Numbered from the stretch's first letter, positions 1 through 14,199 are shown. The stretch: 64,000 nucleotides of DNA from Rhizophagus irregularis (GCF_026210795.1 NC_089436.1:2542001-2606000); one strand, 5' to 3'. The notes: generated by a model from the sequence alone, not told the origin. Numbers and translations are program-made.

Positions 1-1829
1 TGTTGAAGCTGGATTATCGTTACCATTAAAATATCTGGAAATTTGATCATTTTTCAAAATTTGATTTGACGAATCGTTCAAGTACATCGTTCCTAAATAA
101 TGGCTTCAATTCGCCAAAAATTATCTTTCTAATCCACTTCGGTAGTGATTTGTACGACTCAAAAAGCAAACGTGCCATTTGAGCTTGAGTAATGCTGCCT
201 GAATTGTGTGGATCGATGAATTCTTTTAAGGATACGCTGACGTGTTACAAATTTATAATAATTTGCGTAACGTCCTTTGGAAGAAATTAGTAGAAAGGTA
301 CATTAAATATAAAAATAGTAAAGAGAAGATTAAGCCGAATGTAAATCTAAAGAATCGACAAATTAAGGAAAATACTAACGGAGGAGAATGAGAGCGCACT
401 TAAAATCTCATCATCTTTGGGTTTTATTGTATTGAGAATTTATAAGATGCGCACGACAAATTTTTCTCATTTTACGGAAGCCTTTTCACAGTTACTTGTG
501 ATTTTCCAAGCTCTTCGAGATATAATATTGCGGCTTCTATGGATTTATCAAATTTTTATGTAGTCTTTAAATAATAATAATCATACACGTGATAATACAG
601 TGGCCATAAGTCACACGCTCCTGGGTATAATTTCATGGGATGGTTTTTTCCCCGAAGGGAAAAAACCCTGAACTACTGTAGTTACTGAAACAGGAATTAT
701 ACACGAGATCTTTACGTTGTACTAAACTAATTTTGACGACAGTACAATTGGACAATTTCCAAAATTGTTGAATCCCAATAATAAATAACATCTTTTTTCG
801 ATAAAAAAAAAAGGTAATTTTCTTTTCATTTAATAATGGGAAAACCATCATTACATTCTAGGAAAACGGCCTGGCGTAGACAAAAAAAATGACAATATAA
901 AAAATTTAAACAAAAAGAAATTGAAATATCTGATCTCCAGATACAGCTCCAGGATTTCCAAAAAGCTGTTGAGACAGCCGGTGAACAAGTGATTTCCAAG
1001 CTAGACAAAACTGAGCGTGAAAACGCAAATCTATTGAAGTGGATCGATATTTTTTCAAATCAAATCTCAAGTCAGGAAGAAGAGATATATAAGCTTGAAT
1101 TAAAGAGTTATTTAGCACAATCATCATCGTCTCTGTCATCTCCACCACAGCCACCATCATCATCATCATCATCACAATTGTCACCGACATCTTTTAAAAG
1201 CATGGATGAGTACTTTAAACATAATCAAGTTAGTAATTTTTTAGGTATTGTGCAATTTTTAATGATTTTTATTTTTATAATTAATGAATTGTTCTCATTT
1301 TTTAGTAAAAGAAATCTAGTAGTTCATTATTTTTTTTTACTATTCTCATTTTTTTTAAATAAAAGAAATTTTTGTAATATTGAAATAAATACATAAAATA
1401 ATCAAATTCGTATTAATAATATATCGTGTAAAATATGTTTTATTTGCCAGTAAATAATAAAAAAAAATATTTGTAAAGGTTTAACTGGGAAATTTTCGCC
1501 TATCAGGAGGATATGGGGAAATTTTCGCCCGCTAGAACTCTACGATAATAATCGCCATAAGGTATACATAGTAATCGAACCAGAGACCCGCTGCGATGCG
1601 GATTTCCTATCTCAAACTACTCTACCACATGCGATTATCTGTTTAAGGGATATTTATTGATTACTCTTTATTACTAAATTACTGGATTATTGATTGTGCT
1701 ATTCCCTAATAAGGTTTGTACGATCACTGTAAGACCTGTTATGTATGTATATATACATGTTAATTGTTACTGCGTTAAGAGATTGTTAATTTTTTTTTTT
1801 ATCAAAAATTAAATGAGAAAACGATTACA

Positions 1830-2255
1830 CTTTACAGAAACTTACCATTTTTAATCAATATAGAATCGATATCGTTAAGTTTATCTTAACGGTATCATTT
1901 CGATATCATTTCGATATCATTTCGATATCATTTCAATATCGATTTAATATCGATATGATATCGAAATAAAGTATTATCACTTCGATATCATTTCGATAAT
2001 AAATCGATATTGAAATGATATCGAAATGATAATTAAAATGATATCGAAATGATATCTTTAAATTAAACTTAAAGATGTTGTTTCGATATCATTTCTATTA
2101 TCATTTTGATATCATTTCAATATCGATTTAATATTGAAATGATATCGAAGTGATAATACTTTATTTCGATATCATATCGATATTAAATCAATATTGAAAT
2201 AATATCGAAATGATATCGAAATGATATCACTTGAAAACTTAAAGTTTCTGTAAAG
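1830..2255. mobile_element. Foldback/MITE-like palindromic element rich in GATATC motifs
   Basis: 14-bp TIR CTTTACAGAAACTT (1830-1843) / AAGTTTCTGTAAAG (2242-2255), with CA on both flanks (possible 2-bp TSD). Internal long inverted repeat ~1935-1994 / ~2137-2195 and tandem TTTCGATATCA units. Confidence 0.6.
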
Positions 2256-2514
2256 CAGTTATGATAATTGATGATTATAAGGTCAAGGTTACGATAAAAA
2301 AATAATTTTTAGAGAATGACATAAATAACAGATTAATAGTTATATTTTAGCGTCAAATTGTGTTAGTGAAGTTATTACGACATTAACTTATTAACTTGTG
2401 AAGTCACATTCTATAAACTTTTAAAACAATATGATATATTGTAATCTTTATTATAATAAAGGAATAAAAAACATATCAATGTTATCACGGTCTTTTATGT
2501 GATATGTACTGTAT

Positions 2515-4116
2515 TTATGAAAAAAGATGGAGTTTTAAAGAGCTAGCAATGTTTCTTCCGCTACGGAAAGGAATTTCTAGATCTTCTGTAATAACATCTA
2601 ACTCCTTAACCTTTTCTTTGATATTTGCGCTTTCAGTTTCAACCCAGACTATTTTGAAGCATTTTCTGAAGAATTCTATTAATTTATCTAGTGAAGTTTC
2701 CGATAATTTTGTAAAATCGATGGCTGAAACGTATCGGCTTAAGATTCTCTTTAAAACCACCTCACGTGATATGAAGTTGTTTACTTCCTCGTCGGTAGGA
2801 TCTGAACTTTCCGTATATTCACTTTAATAGAAAAAAATTTTAAATCATTAAATCATTGTAGTAAAAACAACATAACGATATGAACGTATCGATCACCTTT
2901 CTACAATTTGTCGAAATTCTTTTACTAATGTTGAAAGTACATTTTTCAATTGATATCGATAGTCGGAAAATGATTTACGATATCGTTCGTTAATTGACTT
3001 CGCCACGCTTTGATAAGCATCATGCCCAAAAATTTTTTGTGTTATTTTATCAAACGCATGATCGGACGGATTTCTAGTTCGCAAAAAAAGACATTTCATT
3101 TCTTCGTCAATAAGACGATAATTATCCTAAATAGTAATAATATCAATAATACATAATACATCAGTAATTCTGCTGTGTAATAACGATTGTTCTTAATTGG
3201 TAAGAATGTAACAACCAAAATAAGAAATGGACTTTACGTTGTCAGATGATGACGAAGTCGAGGTGGTTAGTGGCAAATTTGTTGATGGCTGCTTCGTCGA
3301 GGCATCAAGCATTTTGTTTGCCAAATGTAGCACACTTGGATGTAAGACCAACCAATTGCAAATTTGCAATTGATTGGTCATTGCGCCAAACTGAACCGGA
3401 ATTTCTTCTTCACTCTCTAGAAGTAATATTAAATGAGAATAAAATTATATTCATTAATTATGTTCAGATTTTATGTTTTACCGCTTTCATCATTTTCATT
3501 TTCTTCTTGTTCTTTATCTTGCTCTCTCCTATCCCTCTCTCTCCTATCCCTCTCTCTTCTCTCTTTCTCTCTTCTTTCTTTTTCTCTTCTTTCTTTTTCT
3601 CTTCTTTCTTTTTCTCTTCTTTCTTTTTCTCTTCTCTCTTTATCTCTCCTCTCCATCTCTTTCTTCTCATTTTCTCTTCTTTCTTTTTCAATATTTCTTT
3701 CTTCTTGCTCTGGAAGCATATCTTCATTATAACGAAGTAAATTTATTTTTAAATAAATTCGCAGAAATATCATTTCAATTGAATAATAAAACAATTATTA
3801 TAAGGTATTTACCCAAAATAATTCTTTCAATATCATCATCTTGTCTATTATTACCTTCTCCAATATCTACATCTTGTCCATGTAAATTATCTTGTTCATG
3901 TTCACTTCCTTCCTCTCTCCTTTCATCTCTTTCCTTATTATAATTACGTGAAGAGTTGGCAACATATGTACGAATAGTTTTTGTAGTCTTTGCAGCTTTT
4001 GTTGTCTTGTCTTTTAGGTATCATTATAATAGTATTAGGCGCAATTACTATATAAAATTTCAAATCAAAAATATAATTTTATTACCTTTTCCTGTTACTC
4101 CTCTGCGTTTAGTCAT
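2515..4116 (-). CDS. 6-exon hypothetical protein (~394 aa) with low-complexity E/R/K tract; probable transposon accessory gene
   Basis: Hand-spliced model complement(4086-4116, 3813-4010, 3482-3721, 3238-3416, 2897-3126, 2515-2821). All introns are GT-AG and the frame is continuous (MTKRRGVTGKDKTT...EREKERR repeats...EEMKCLFLRTRNP...LKLHLFS*). It links four ORF-track fragments. Confidence 0.65.
3520..3690. repeat. 15-bp coding tandem repeat (encodes EREKE/RRERD)
   Basis: Repeated TTCTCTTCTTTCTTT units on the + strand. Confidence 0.8.
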
Positions 4117-4249
4117 GATAAACAAACAAGATGGTACTTATTGGTATTGTGCTAGTAGCAACGTAAAGAAATAGGTGATTCCTGACGAAACGAATACAGC
4201 ATTATCTTTATTTATTTATAGAGATTTCTCCTAATATTAAGAAAAAATT

Positions 4250-7200
4250 ACATCGTGACCGCAGCACATAAAAGGAAATTGGGTTAGCATTCTCGAAAAA
4301 AACGTTCATGGTTACATTAAATCTTGGATAGTTGATCGGAAGAATTTGTTAATGGTTACATCGATTCTTTATGAAGAAAATTTTGGGAAAATTTGATGTC
4401 TTAACGGTTACATGTAAAGAAATTATATATGAGTATCGTAACCGTAGGACATAAACGGAAATTTGGCCAACAAAATTTTCAAATTATTGGAATAATTGAT
4501 CGGGAAAATCCTTAATGGGTATATTAGCTCTTTGTCCGCAGAACATTAATGGTAATTTCGAGCAATATTAACGGTTACAAGTAAAGAAGCTATATATGAA
4601 TATCGTGATCGCAGGACATAAACGGATTTTCGGGATAATTGATCAGGAGAAAAAATTTGTTAATGGTTACATAATCAGGGTTGAAGAATTATACTGTACG
4701 TACTATATTATGCTGTCCTAATACTTAAATAGAGTACATTTTTTATATGTTTAATATATTATATATTTATTTTAATAATTAGGATTGATAATAAATTATT
4801 AACTATTCTTTTAATCTTAATAGAAAAAATATTATATTAAATATTTAACAGTGCAATATTAATGGGCAATGGAAAAATTGCGGTTACATGTAAGGTGATC
4901 GCAGGACATAAAAGGAAATTTAGATTCAGATTTGGGGATAATAAAAATTATTAATGGTTACACATTGATTTTTTATCTGCAGCGCATTGATAGAATTCAG
5001 GGGTAATCTGAAAAATTTGACAGAAATATCGTGATCGCAGGACATAAACAGAAATTTAGATCAAAAAATTGATCGGAAAAATATTTGTCAACAGTTCTGT
5101 TGATTCTTTATCTGCAAAAGATCTTTATCTGCAGCACATTGGTGGAATCTAGGGTAATGATCTGAAAAATTTGACATGAATATCGTAGTCGCAATAAATA
5201 AATAGAACTTTAGGTCAATAATTGATCGGAAAAAATTATTAATGGTTACATTGATTTTTTATCTGCAGCGCATTGATAGAATTCAGGGGTAATCTGAAAA
5301 ATTTGACAGAAATATCGTGATCGCAGGACATAAACGGATTTTCGGGATAATTGATCAGGAGAAAAAATTTGTTAATGGTTACATAATCAGGGTTGAAGAA
5401 TTATACTGTACGTACTATATTATGCTGTCCTAATACTTAAATAGAGTACATTTTTTATATGTTTAATATATTATATATTTATTTTAATAATTAGGATTGA
5501 TAATAAATTATTAACTATTCTTTTAATCTTAATAGAAAAAATATTATATTAAATATTTAACAGTGCAATATTAGTGCAATGTATACAGTAAATTGATGAA
5601 TTTTGGGCAATGGAAAAATTGCGGTTACATGTAAGGTGATCGCAGGACATGAACAGAAATTTAGATCAAAAAACTGATCGGAAAAAAATTTTGTCAACAG
5701 TTCTGTTGATTCTTTATCTGCAAAAGATCTTTATCTGCAGCACATTGGTGGAATCTAGGTAATGATCTGAAAAATTTGGCATGAATATCGTGGTCGCAAT
5801 AAATAAATAGAAATTTAGATCAATAATTGATCGGAAAAAATTGTTAATGATTACATTGATTTTTATCTGCAGCGCATTGACAGAATTTGTTACATTAATT
5901 CTCTATCTCGGAATTATTTTAAAAAAAAACTTTTACAAGTTGTTGACCCAAATTTCCTTTTATGTAGTGCAGTCATGATATCACAGTCATAATATTATAA
6001 AAAAAATTACTTTGTACTTTTTTCCCAAAGAATTCAATTGATATTTTTTTAAAGTTTGACTGTCCATATCTTATCAGTTACATATAAAAATACCACATCT
6101 CAGATCAGAGTTTTTAGATTTCTAATAAAAAAAAGTTAGAAAGAAAATGTCCTCTCCCAAACCTAGTAGAGAAGAAACAGGTATAAAAAAAAAAAATACC
6201 TCATATTAATTCATTAAATAACGTATGATAATATTCATATAATTTCTTTCATATATAGATAATACGATATTGATCTCGCTAGACGATCTAATAAAAGAAC
6301 AAACCCGATTGAACGATCTTCGCCAAACCAACATTAAAAAGAAATGGCAACGTCCGTCTCGTAACAACCGAATGAAGACCATGGGAGACTGGGCTCAGAT
6401 GGTGAAAAAAGTATGATCATTTGATTCTTTAATATTTTGTGATAATTTGAAATATTTAACACTTTAAAATTATTTGTTAGAATTGATATTGCCATTATAT
6501 GAAGTTATATCTCATTACAATACCGCACAATATTACTATATTCACCTTCTTTTCAATTTATTTCAATAAAAAAATAAATCTTATGTAATTTTATAATTGT
6601 ATATATCCGTAAAGCTCACCACTAGTGATTTTATCATAATAATTGATCGTAATAATTTAAAATCATAAAAATCAAAATTTCATATAAACCGGAACACGAA
6701 TTGCTAACAATTTTTTTCTGATCATTTGTCTTGTCTAAATGTGCTGCGATCACGATATTCTTAAAATGTAATGTCAATTTTTCAGAAAAGCTTTGTTAAC
6801 CCAATTTCCGTTATGTCCAGCAGCCTATATAAATTTCTTTACATGTAATCGTCAAAACATCAATCAAGAGCTTTGTTAACCCAAATTTCTATAGTTACGA
6901 TGTTGTTCATTATATAATTCATTAACAGTTAATGTAACTAACTATTAACGAATTTTTTTTCCGATCAATTATCCCAAAATTTGATGATCTAAATTTCCGC
7001 TTATATCTTGCGGTCACAATATTCATATAAATTCCTTTATATATAACCGTTAAAGAAGTCAACTCATCAGATCATTGCCTCAAAATTTCGTCAATGCATT
7101 GTAAGTAAAGAACCAATGTAGCCATTAAGAAAATTTCCCGATCAATTCAAATTTCCGTTTATGTCCCGCGGTCACAATATTCATACAAAATTTCTTTGCA

Positions 7201-7660
7201 CGTCAATTTTAGATCATTTTACCAAAATGTACTGTGGACAAAGAACTAACGAATGTAACCATTGACATTTTTTTCTGATCGATTTTCCCAAAATTTAAGA
7301 AATTAGTAATCTAAATTTCCGTTTATGTTCTGCAGTCACGCACGATATTCATACAAAATTTCTTTACATGTAACTGTTGTTAACACGTCAATTTTAGATC
7401 ATTTTCCCCAAGATTTCCATTAATGTACTGTGATCCAAGAACTAATGTAACCATTGACATTTTTTTTTCTCGAAATTTCGTGAAATTCGTAATATAAATT
7501 TCCGTTTATGTCCTGCGGTCACGATTTCATACAAAATTTCTTTACATGTAACCAGATCATTGCCCAAAATTTCCGTTAATGCACCACGGACAAGGAACTA
7601 ATGTAACCGTTAAGAAATTTGTTAACCCAAAATTTCCGTTTATGTGCTGCGGTCACGATA
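4250..7660. repeat. Dispersed degenerate repeat array arranged as two inverted halves, including a ~0.7-kb direct duplication
   Basis: GTGATCGCAGGACATAAACGGAAATTT-like units face forward in 4250-5830 and appear as reverse complements (AAATTTCCGTTTATGTCCTGCGGTCACGAT) in ~5950-7660. The block ~4600-4860 is repeated nearly verbatim at ~5311-5572. Confidence 0.75.
6147..6486 (+). CDS. Small 3-exon ORF (~63 aa), unknown function
   Basis: Exons 6147-6180, 6259-6410, 6481-6486 with GT-AG introns; MSSPKPSREETDNTILISLDDLIKEQTRLNDLRQTNIKKKWQRPSRNNRMKTMGDWAQMVKKN*. Confidence 0.5.
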
Positions 7661-7788
7661 CTATGATATCCAATTGAAAATATTATAAAAGCAGTTAATG
7701 AATTAAATACACAAACGCGCATGGACATTTTTTAAATTTATGATTTTATTTCATTTTATTATTCCTTATTATAATTATTGTCATAGCC

Positions 7789-10700
7789 ATGTTACGAAAT
7801 AAACCTCGAAAAGCGAATATTGCTGCAATACCTTTTCGTATCCGTAATAATTTTAGAAGGTTGCCCAACAGATTTTTATTATCGGATAATGATGACAATG
7901 AAAAAATGGTACAAAAAGATTTTGAAGATGATAATATTAGTGGCGAAGAGTATAATGAATATGGCGACGGAGATGATGATTTAGAACAACGAAGTGATGA
8001 TGATCATATAGAACAGCGAAGCGATAATGGTGATGATTTAGAACAACGAAGCAATGATGATCATTTAGAACAACGAAGCGATAATGATCATTTAGAACAA
8101 CGAAATGATAATGATGATGATTTAGAACAACGAAGCAATAATGAAGAAGGTGATACCAACATGATTTCAACATCATCAGAGAATGAAACAGAAAGCGATT
8201 ATATAATGTCCTTAGAAAGTGATGAAGATTATGAAACAATGTCGTCAGATAATGAAGAAAGACATGATTCTGATATCTCAGAAGAAAAGCTATTCGTTGA
8301 TGAAGCATTGGCTAAAGATAAGTTACCATCTTTTGATGGTGATTTTGCTCCATATTTTCAAAATTTAACTACTGCTGCCTTATTTTGTTGGATTTATAAA
8401 CATAATATTTCAACAAATGCATATGAAGATCTTGTTGACATTATCATGAGACCAGAATTTAATAGAGATCATATTGTAAAGAATATTCGGAGATTTCGAT
8501 CATGGAGGAAGCGTCTTCCTCTTCCCTCAATATCAGCAAAATCTATCTCAATTTCATCAAAAAAAACACCATCAACTTTAAAGGATTCAAAGATGGCATA
8601 TCAACTTTCAATAAGTGATATCATTTGGAATGTTCTTAACAACCCATCACTATTAAAGGAAATGTATTTTGGTGCTGGTGTCGATTCAAAAACAAAATCC
8701 GAGTACTGGCATGGTACCTTATGGGCAGAGTCACCTCTTTTCGGTCAAGAACAATTAATGATATCAGGGGGTAATTATTTATTAAATGCAAGCTGATGGT
8801 AGAGAGGCGAAGCAATAAAGTACAAGAGACTAACACTTTTTTCATATGTATATAATAGAGATATACCAATGCGGCGATTTTGTTTACTATTACGATAATG
8901 AGCGAAAACTTGGCAGATTGAGAGCGATATTATTAAATGAAGAGAACCAACAGTATCGGCTGAGAATCCAAAAAGTTCTAGATTATAGTGACTTGCCTGG
9001 AAATTTTAAGGGAGAATTAAGACAAAATCGCTCTCTTTCCGGAGAAGTTTGGTTACAAGATGAACCATTCTTGACAATAACAACATCACAAATTTCCGAA
9101 AAGGTTGCTGCAGATACACTACGAATTACCGAAGTACTTTATAAACATCATACACACTGGCGCATTCGTGATGCAACGTTCTCTTATCAACATCCTTCAG
9201 AATATATTTCCATAAGGCAGCCACCATCTCCAACAATTCCGGTTTATAAGCTGTTTTTGGACATATACTACGATGATTTTGGAACATTTAGGAATGTTTA
9301 TCATTCGTTAGGAGGTGTTTATGTGCAGTTTGGAAATATGCCTGCCCATCAAAGAAAGTTGCTCAAAAATCACTTTGTTCTCGGGTTTGTTCCTTTCGGT
9401 GGTAATTTCAATGAATTCATGTTGCCATTCATTTCTGAAATGAAAGAATTCGAACAAGGAAAATTAATGGAAGTGAATGGCCAAGATGCTTGGGTGATAG
9501 CCGGTTTAGGTGTCGTAACTGCTGATTTACCACAAGGGAATGACATGTGTGGTGTATTACGACATAATGCCAATAAAGGTTGCCGCACTTGTACAGCCTC
9601 TCGAGAATCACTTACCAACTTCTCTCAGGATGTACCAGCAACATCAAGATATCATCACATCACTGACGATCAATTTAAAGAGATATTTGATGAACCTGCT
9701 ACCACAAGGCAAAGACGACTTTGTACTGAGTTCGGACTAAGAACAAGGCCTAGCATTTTGGATAGGCTGCTAAGAGAAAGGCATCTACAGACACCTCAAG
9801 ATGTATATCATGCAACTGCTGGGAAGATTGGACGACTTCTTAAATTAACGTATGATCTTAGAATTTAATTAACTTTAGCTAGATATGTAACGAACAAAAT
9901 CTTTTAATAAAGCTTTTTGATTTCCACAGGTGCGAATTATTTTCACAAAAAGGAGAGGACGAGTTTATCAAAGCCTGGAAGAACTTAGAGAAACCAAAAA
10001 AATGGTCTCGTTTGCCAAATCCAATTAGCCACAATGCTAGTTTCATGATGTCTGACTATCTTAGGCTCGCTATGATAATGCCTTTTATACTTAATAGTTT
10101 TTTAGAATCATCAAGCTTAAAGGAAAATGAATCCAGAAGCATTCTGCGACGAATTCAAGAATCACGCATTAACATGGCGAAAAATGTAATAATTGCTTGT
10201 TGGGTATATGTAGCAAAAACAATGAGGATAGTTTTTAAAAGCAAGTTTACATTAGATTCGTATGACGAATTACAAAAATGCCTTGAAGAAGAAATGAAAA
10301 TTCTTCCAAAGGTACAATTATTCATAATTCTTATATAATTTTTTATTTTTTATTTATCAATATATAAAATATTATTTAATAATGTGGCTTTAGGTTTTCC
10401 CTGAATTTGCTAACTTACCAAACCTGCATATCAATATCCACTTGCTGGTGCATGCAAGGACTTATGGTACTCTTATAAACACTCAAGTTGGTATCAAAGA
10501 GATGGTGCATCGGATCTTTAAAGCAATGGTACCACAAACAAATTGCAAGAATGTCGAGCTAGACTTGTTAAAGCGGTATACTACGCTCTTTGCAATTCGT
10601 CATTTAGTAGATGGAGGCGCAGATCAAAGATTATCACAACCTTGTAGAGGTTTCGCTACTATGTCCTCAAATTTTAGAAATTTATTGACTAATTGGTATA

Positions 10701-11357
10701 TTACTGAAGACAAGGTATCAAATGAACAAGAACTGGAAGGAAATGAAGAAGGTTTGTATTACAATTTTATAATAATAATATTTCCGCAATTATTAACGTA
10801 TTTTTATTTTATATAGCGATTTCATCTCCAGTGGATTTTATTACAAATATTATCTTAAAGAGGAGCTTATCCGTCAGGATCGCGAAAATATCATGAAAAA
10901 TTTGCCAAATTTCAAATCTGAGCTGCTTCTTTCATTTATGGACATTGGACAAAAGTCAGCTCTTATATATTCTCAAATGAGCTGGTATGAATTGGCGACA
11001 TACACTATGGAAGAAAGCGATGGCGTATTTTCCAAAGTACATCTTCATATTGGTGACGTCGTAACAATACACGAGGAAGACAGTGGTGAATGTTATGCGA
11101 TTATAAAAGGGATCTTCAAATACAAGGGCAATGATGATAAATATTATGCCTTTATTACTATTGATTGGTTTGACAATATTAACAGAATTCACAACGTATT
11201 GAAATGTCCTCTTTTTCGCATTCAGACAAGCCAAGACATTCGCTGGAGAAGAATCTTCCCGATATCAATAATTGACCACGTACAGAAAGTTCACTTTGTC
11301 TATGATACGAAAATTGATTTGTGGATAAAAAATAATTATTATTTTACGGCTATATAG
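7789..11357 (+). CDS. CMC (CACTA/EnSpm-Plavaka-like) DDE transposase with C-terminal BAH-like domain; 5 exons
   Basis: Exons 7789-8770, 8859-9849, 9930-10311, 10394-10751, then 10817 or 10861 to 11357. Motifs: LFLDIYYDDFG..SLGGVY..GN.P, ADLPQGND..G..H.A..GCR.C, QDVYH, PNLH..HL..R.YG..KE..H..FK, and a BAH-like IGDVV..YAII..I..WF. The acidic N-terminus carries six D/H-(L/I)EQR(S/N) repeats. The acceptor at 10816 gives a frameshift; the acceptor at 10860 keeps the frame. Confidence 0.75.
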
Positions 11358-13384
11358 CTTTATTATGCAGTACTATGATTCTTTTCGGTATATTTATTTA
11401 TGATAACGTGATTTATTAAATAAATAAAGATAACGATATCGTTACGATATCGTTTGATATCGTATTCATGAATTTATTAGGCACGTGACTTTGCAATTTT
11501 TATCCAATCAAATCATTGTTTGTTAGACATGTTAAACATTCGCACGATTATGTTTACGTCTACATCTCTCTATTCAATTTTTTTAAATTTTTTTTTAATA
11601 CCGAAAAACATTTTGACAGTTTTTGTTATCAACAGTATAATTTATTCAAAAAAATATATTCATATTAACAATTACAGTCAGACCACTGTATATGCGCGTC
11701 TATTTTTATTCCGGCGTACGACAGGTACATATTCTGCTCTCGCTGGGTTATGTTAAACTATCTTTGACATTTATATAACGCGTCAAAAATAATTACGCGT
11801 TCAGTTTTAATAGTTTTTACCTTTTTATAATAATTTTTTTTTCATATCAATACCCAAAGAAAAAGAATAAAGGGAAAGAAGAAGAAAAAAGAAAAAAACC
11901 ATTGTGAAAAAACGAAAAAGAGAAAACAAAGGAACGAAAAGAAAGAGAGATTATCCTGAAATTTTTTCACAAAAGGTACTACTGTACTTGGGGATCATTT
12001 GAGGGTTTTTTTTTGGCCGCTGATGAAATGCACCATTTTTAAGACCTCTATATGGTAGGCCGTATCATGGAGGCAGGGTATGCACATAGCGAAAGCGCCG
12101 TGCTCCTATGTAATACTTGGGATCTTGTGGTATCAGAAGGTAGTGGTGATGTATCATTGGTCATAGGCAGTTGGGTGCTAATGGCTGACGACCTAAGGGA
12201 CACTCTAATGAGGTAGGCCCCGCCGGACGAGCTCAACCCACTTATTGCATTTTTTGATTCTTAAGGTTGAAAATCTTGGTCAAGTGTTCTGAGACCAATT
12301 TTTATTTTAAAAAAAAATTTCGTTTGATTTCTATAAATGCAGTACTTTAATTTATGCATCTTTTTTAGGATTAACAACCAGCATTTGCAATGACTTTAAT
12401 AAATCTTAAGAACTATCATTTAATTAGGTTGGTTTGTATCTTCAACTCCTGTATTTTCTCATGGACAACTATATGTTGCATGTTCAAGAATAACATCAAG
12501 AAAAAATTTAAATAATTAAATTTTTACTTTATTTCAAGTTTAGGTTTTAACCATTAACTGCTAATGTAGTTAACAGGTGAATCCTAGTAGTATTTAATAT
12601 TTGTGACGAAATCCGATAATGTTGTGCGTAACTACTCCATTATGTTATAATGATATCGTCACGTTGGTTTATGTTAACCATCCGGGGAGAGAGAGATGTG
12701 TCTAATTTACCAGGTACGATCATATCTTTAATTTCGCAGAAACTTGCACCATAATCTGTGTACTTATTAATTTAACAATTGTCACAAAGTTTCGATACAA
12801 TATTAGTGTCATAACAGTTAACCATCTGGAGAGAGAGAGATGTCTAATTTACCAGGTACTTATCTTTAATTTCGCAGAAACTTGCGTTGTATGTAATACA
12901 GACTCTTGTCAATTCAGTATTTGGTATAATATTAGTGTCTTATGTTAACCGTCAGAGAGAGAAGCAATTTACCAGGTGCGTCGTAATCAGGAAACTTACA
13001 TCAATTCAACATTTATAATATTATTGTCATACCGATATTGTCGCATTGTTTTATGTTACTAGAGAGGGATGCGCCTACATAATTTACCAAGTACGATTAA
13101 ACTTCGCAATACTTATCAATTCAACAATTGTGAATCAATAATGACAGAACGTGACTACTTCAAGCTGTAATAACAATGATATCGATACGTTGTTTTTATT
13201 TTTCATTTTGACCATCATAATTGCATATTAATAATATATATGGCATTATCAATTAATAAAAATTATTGAATGTACTAGTACCTACGGTTCACAATTTTTT
13301 CATGACCCAAAATTCTTGTCAAATATCATCTTGATACTGTGTAAATGTCGTCCTGATATCTTAATAATATTTTTAAATGAAATA

Positions 13385-13960
13385 ATATTTTTAAATGATA
13401 TCGTAACAGTACGGTTTGATAATTATATCGATACATTTTCAACATCATCGCAACATCTTCACGATAACATCACGATTTTTAAATGATATCGTAACAATAC
13501 GGTTTGATAATTATATCGATACATTTTCAACATCATCGCAACATCTTCACGATAACATCACGATTTTTAAATGATATCGTAACAATACGGTTTGATAATT
13601 ATATCGATACATTTTCAACATCATCGCAACATCTTCACGATAACATCACGATTTTTAAATGATATCGTAACAATACGGTTTGATAATCATAACGATACAT
13701 TTTCAACATCATCGTAACATCTTCACGACGACATCACGATTTTTTTGAAGATATCGCGACGATATAGTTATGATAGTCTTAACGATACCTTTCCAACATC
13801 TTCGCGATATTAAATTACGAAATCAATATGATATCGTTCTGATATCAAAATGTTACCGATTTTAATATCGCGAAGATGTTGGAAAGGTATCGTTAAGACT
13901 ATCATAACTATATCGTCGCGATATCTTCAAAAAAATCGTGATGTCGTCGTGAAGATGTTG
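13385..13960. repeat. 88-bp tandem repeat (4 copies + diverged 5th) ending in a ~97-bp perfect hairpin
   Basis: TAAATGATATCGTAAC recurs at 13392, 13480, 13568 and 13656. 13716-13813 is the reverse complement of 13862-13959. Confidence 0.85.
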
Positions 13961-14199
13961 AAAATGTATCATTAAAATATTGTGGCAAATTTGAAGATTT
14001 CAGCAAAGTAATATGGAAAATTATAGAATTATCAAAGAATTTTATCTTCCTACTGATACTTTAATACAAGAATGGGCTATTTACTGTGGACTTAATGAAT
14101 CTATTGAAGAGTTTGATGATTTGGATTTGTATTGGCGAGGTAAAAGACATATATTACTAGAACTTAGTTCACTGGCTTTAATATATATATGGTTGCCAG

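Noticed and set aside
1..600. Possible minus-strand gene remnant
   Set aside because: A splice-like signal exists but frames are interrupted and no motif is recognisable.
889..1230. Coiled-coil + Ser-rich fragment (KEIEISDLQIQLQ...)
   Set aside because: Looks coding, but there is an in-frame TAA right after the nearest ATG and no complete model or family can be assigned; possibly a pseudogene fragment.
3246..3943. Plus-strand Ser/Phe/Leu ORFs
   Set aside because: Antisense shadows of the E/R/K repeat exon on the minus strand.
11640..13100. Possible micro-exon gene with 3-4 degenerate GTTAACCATC..GAGAGAG..TTTACCAGGTAC repeats
   Set aside because: Donor-like sites are present but I could not assemble a consistent ORF.
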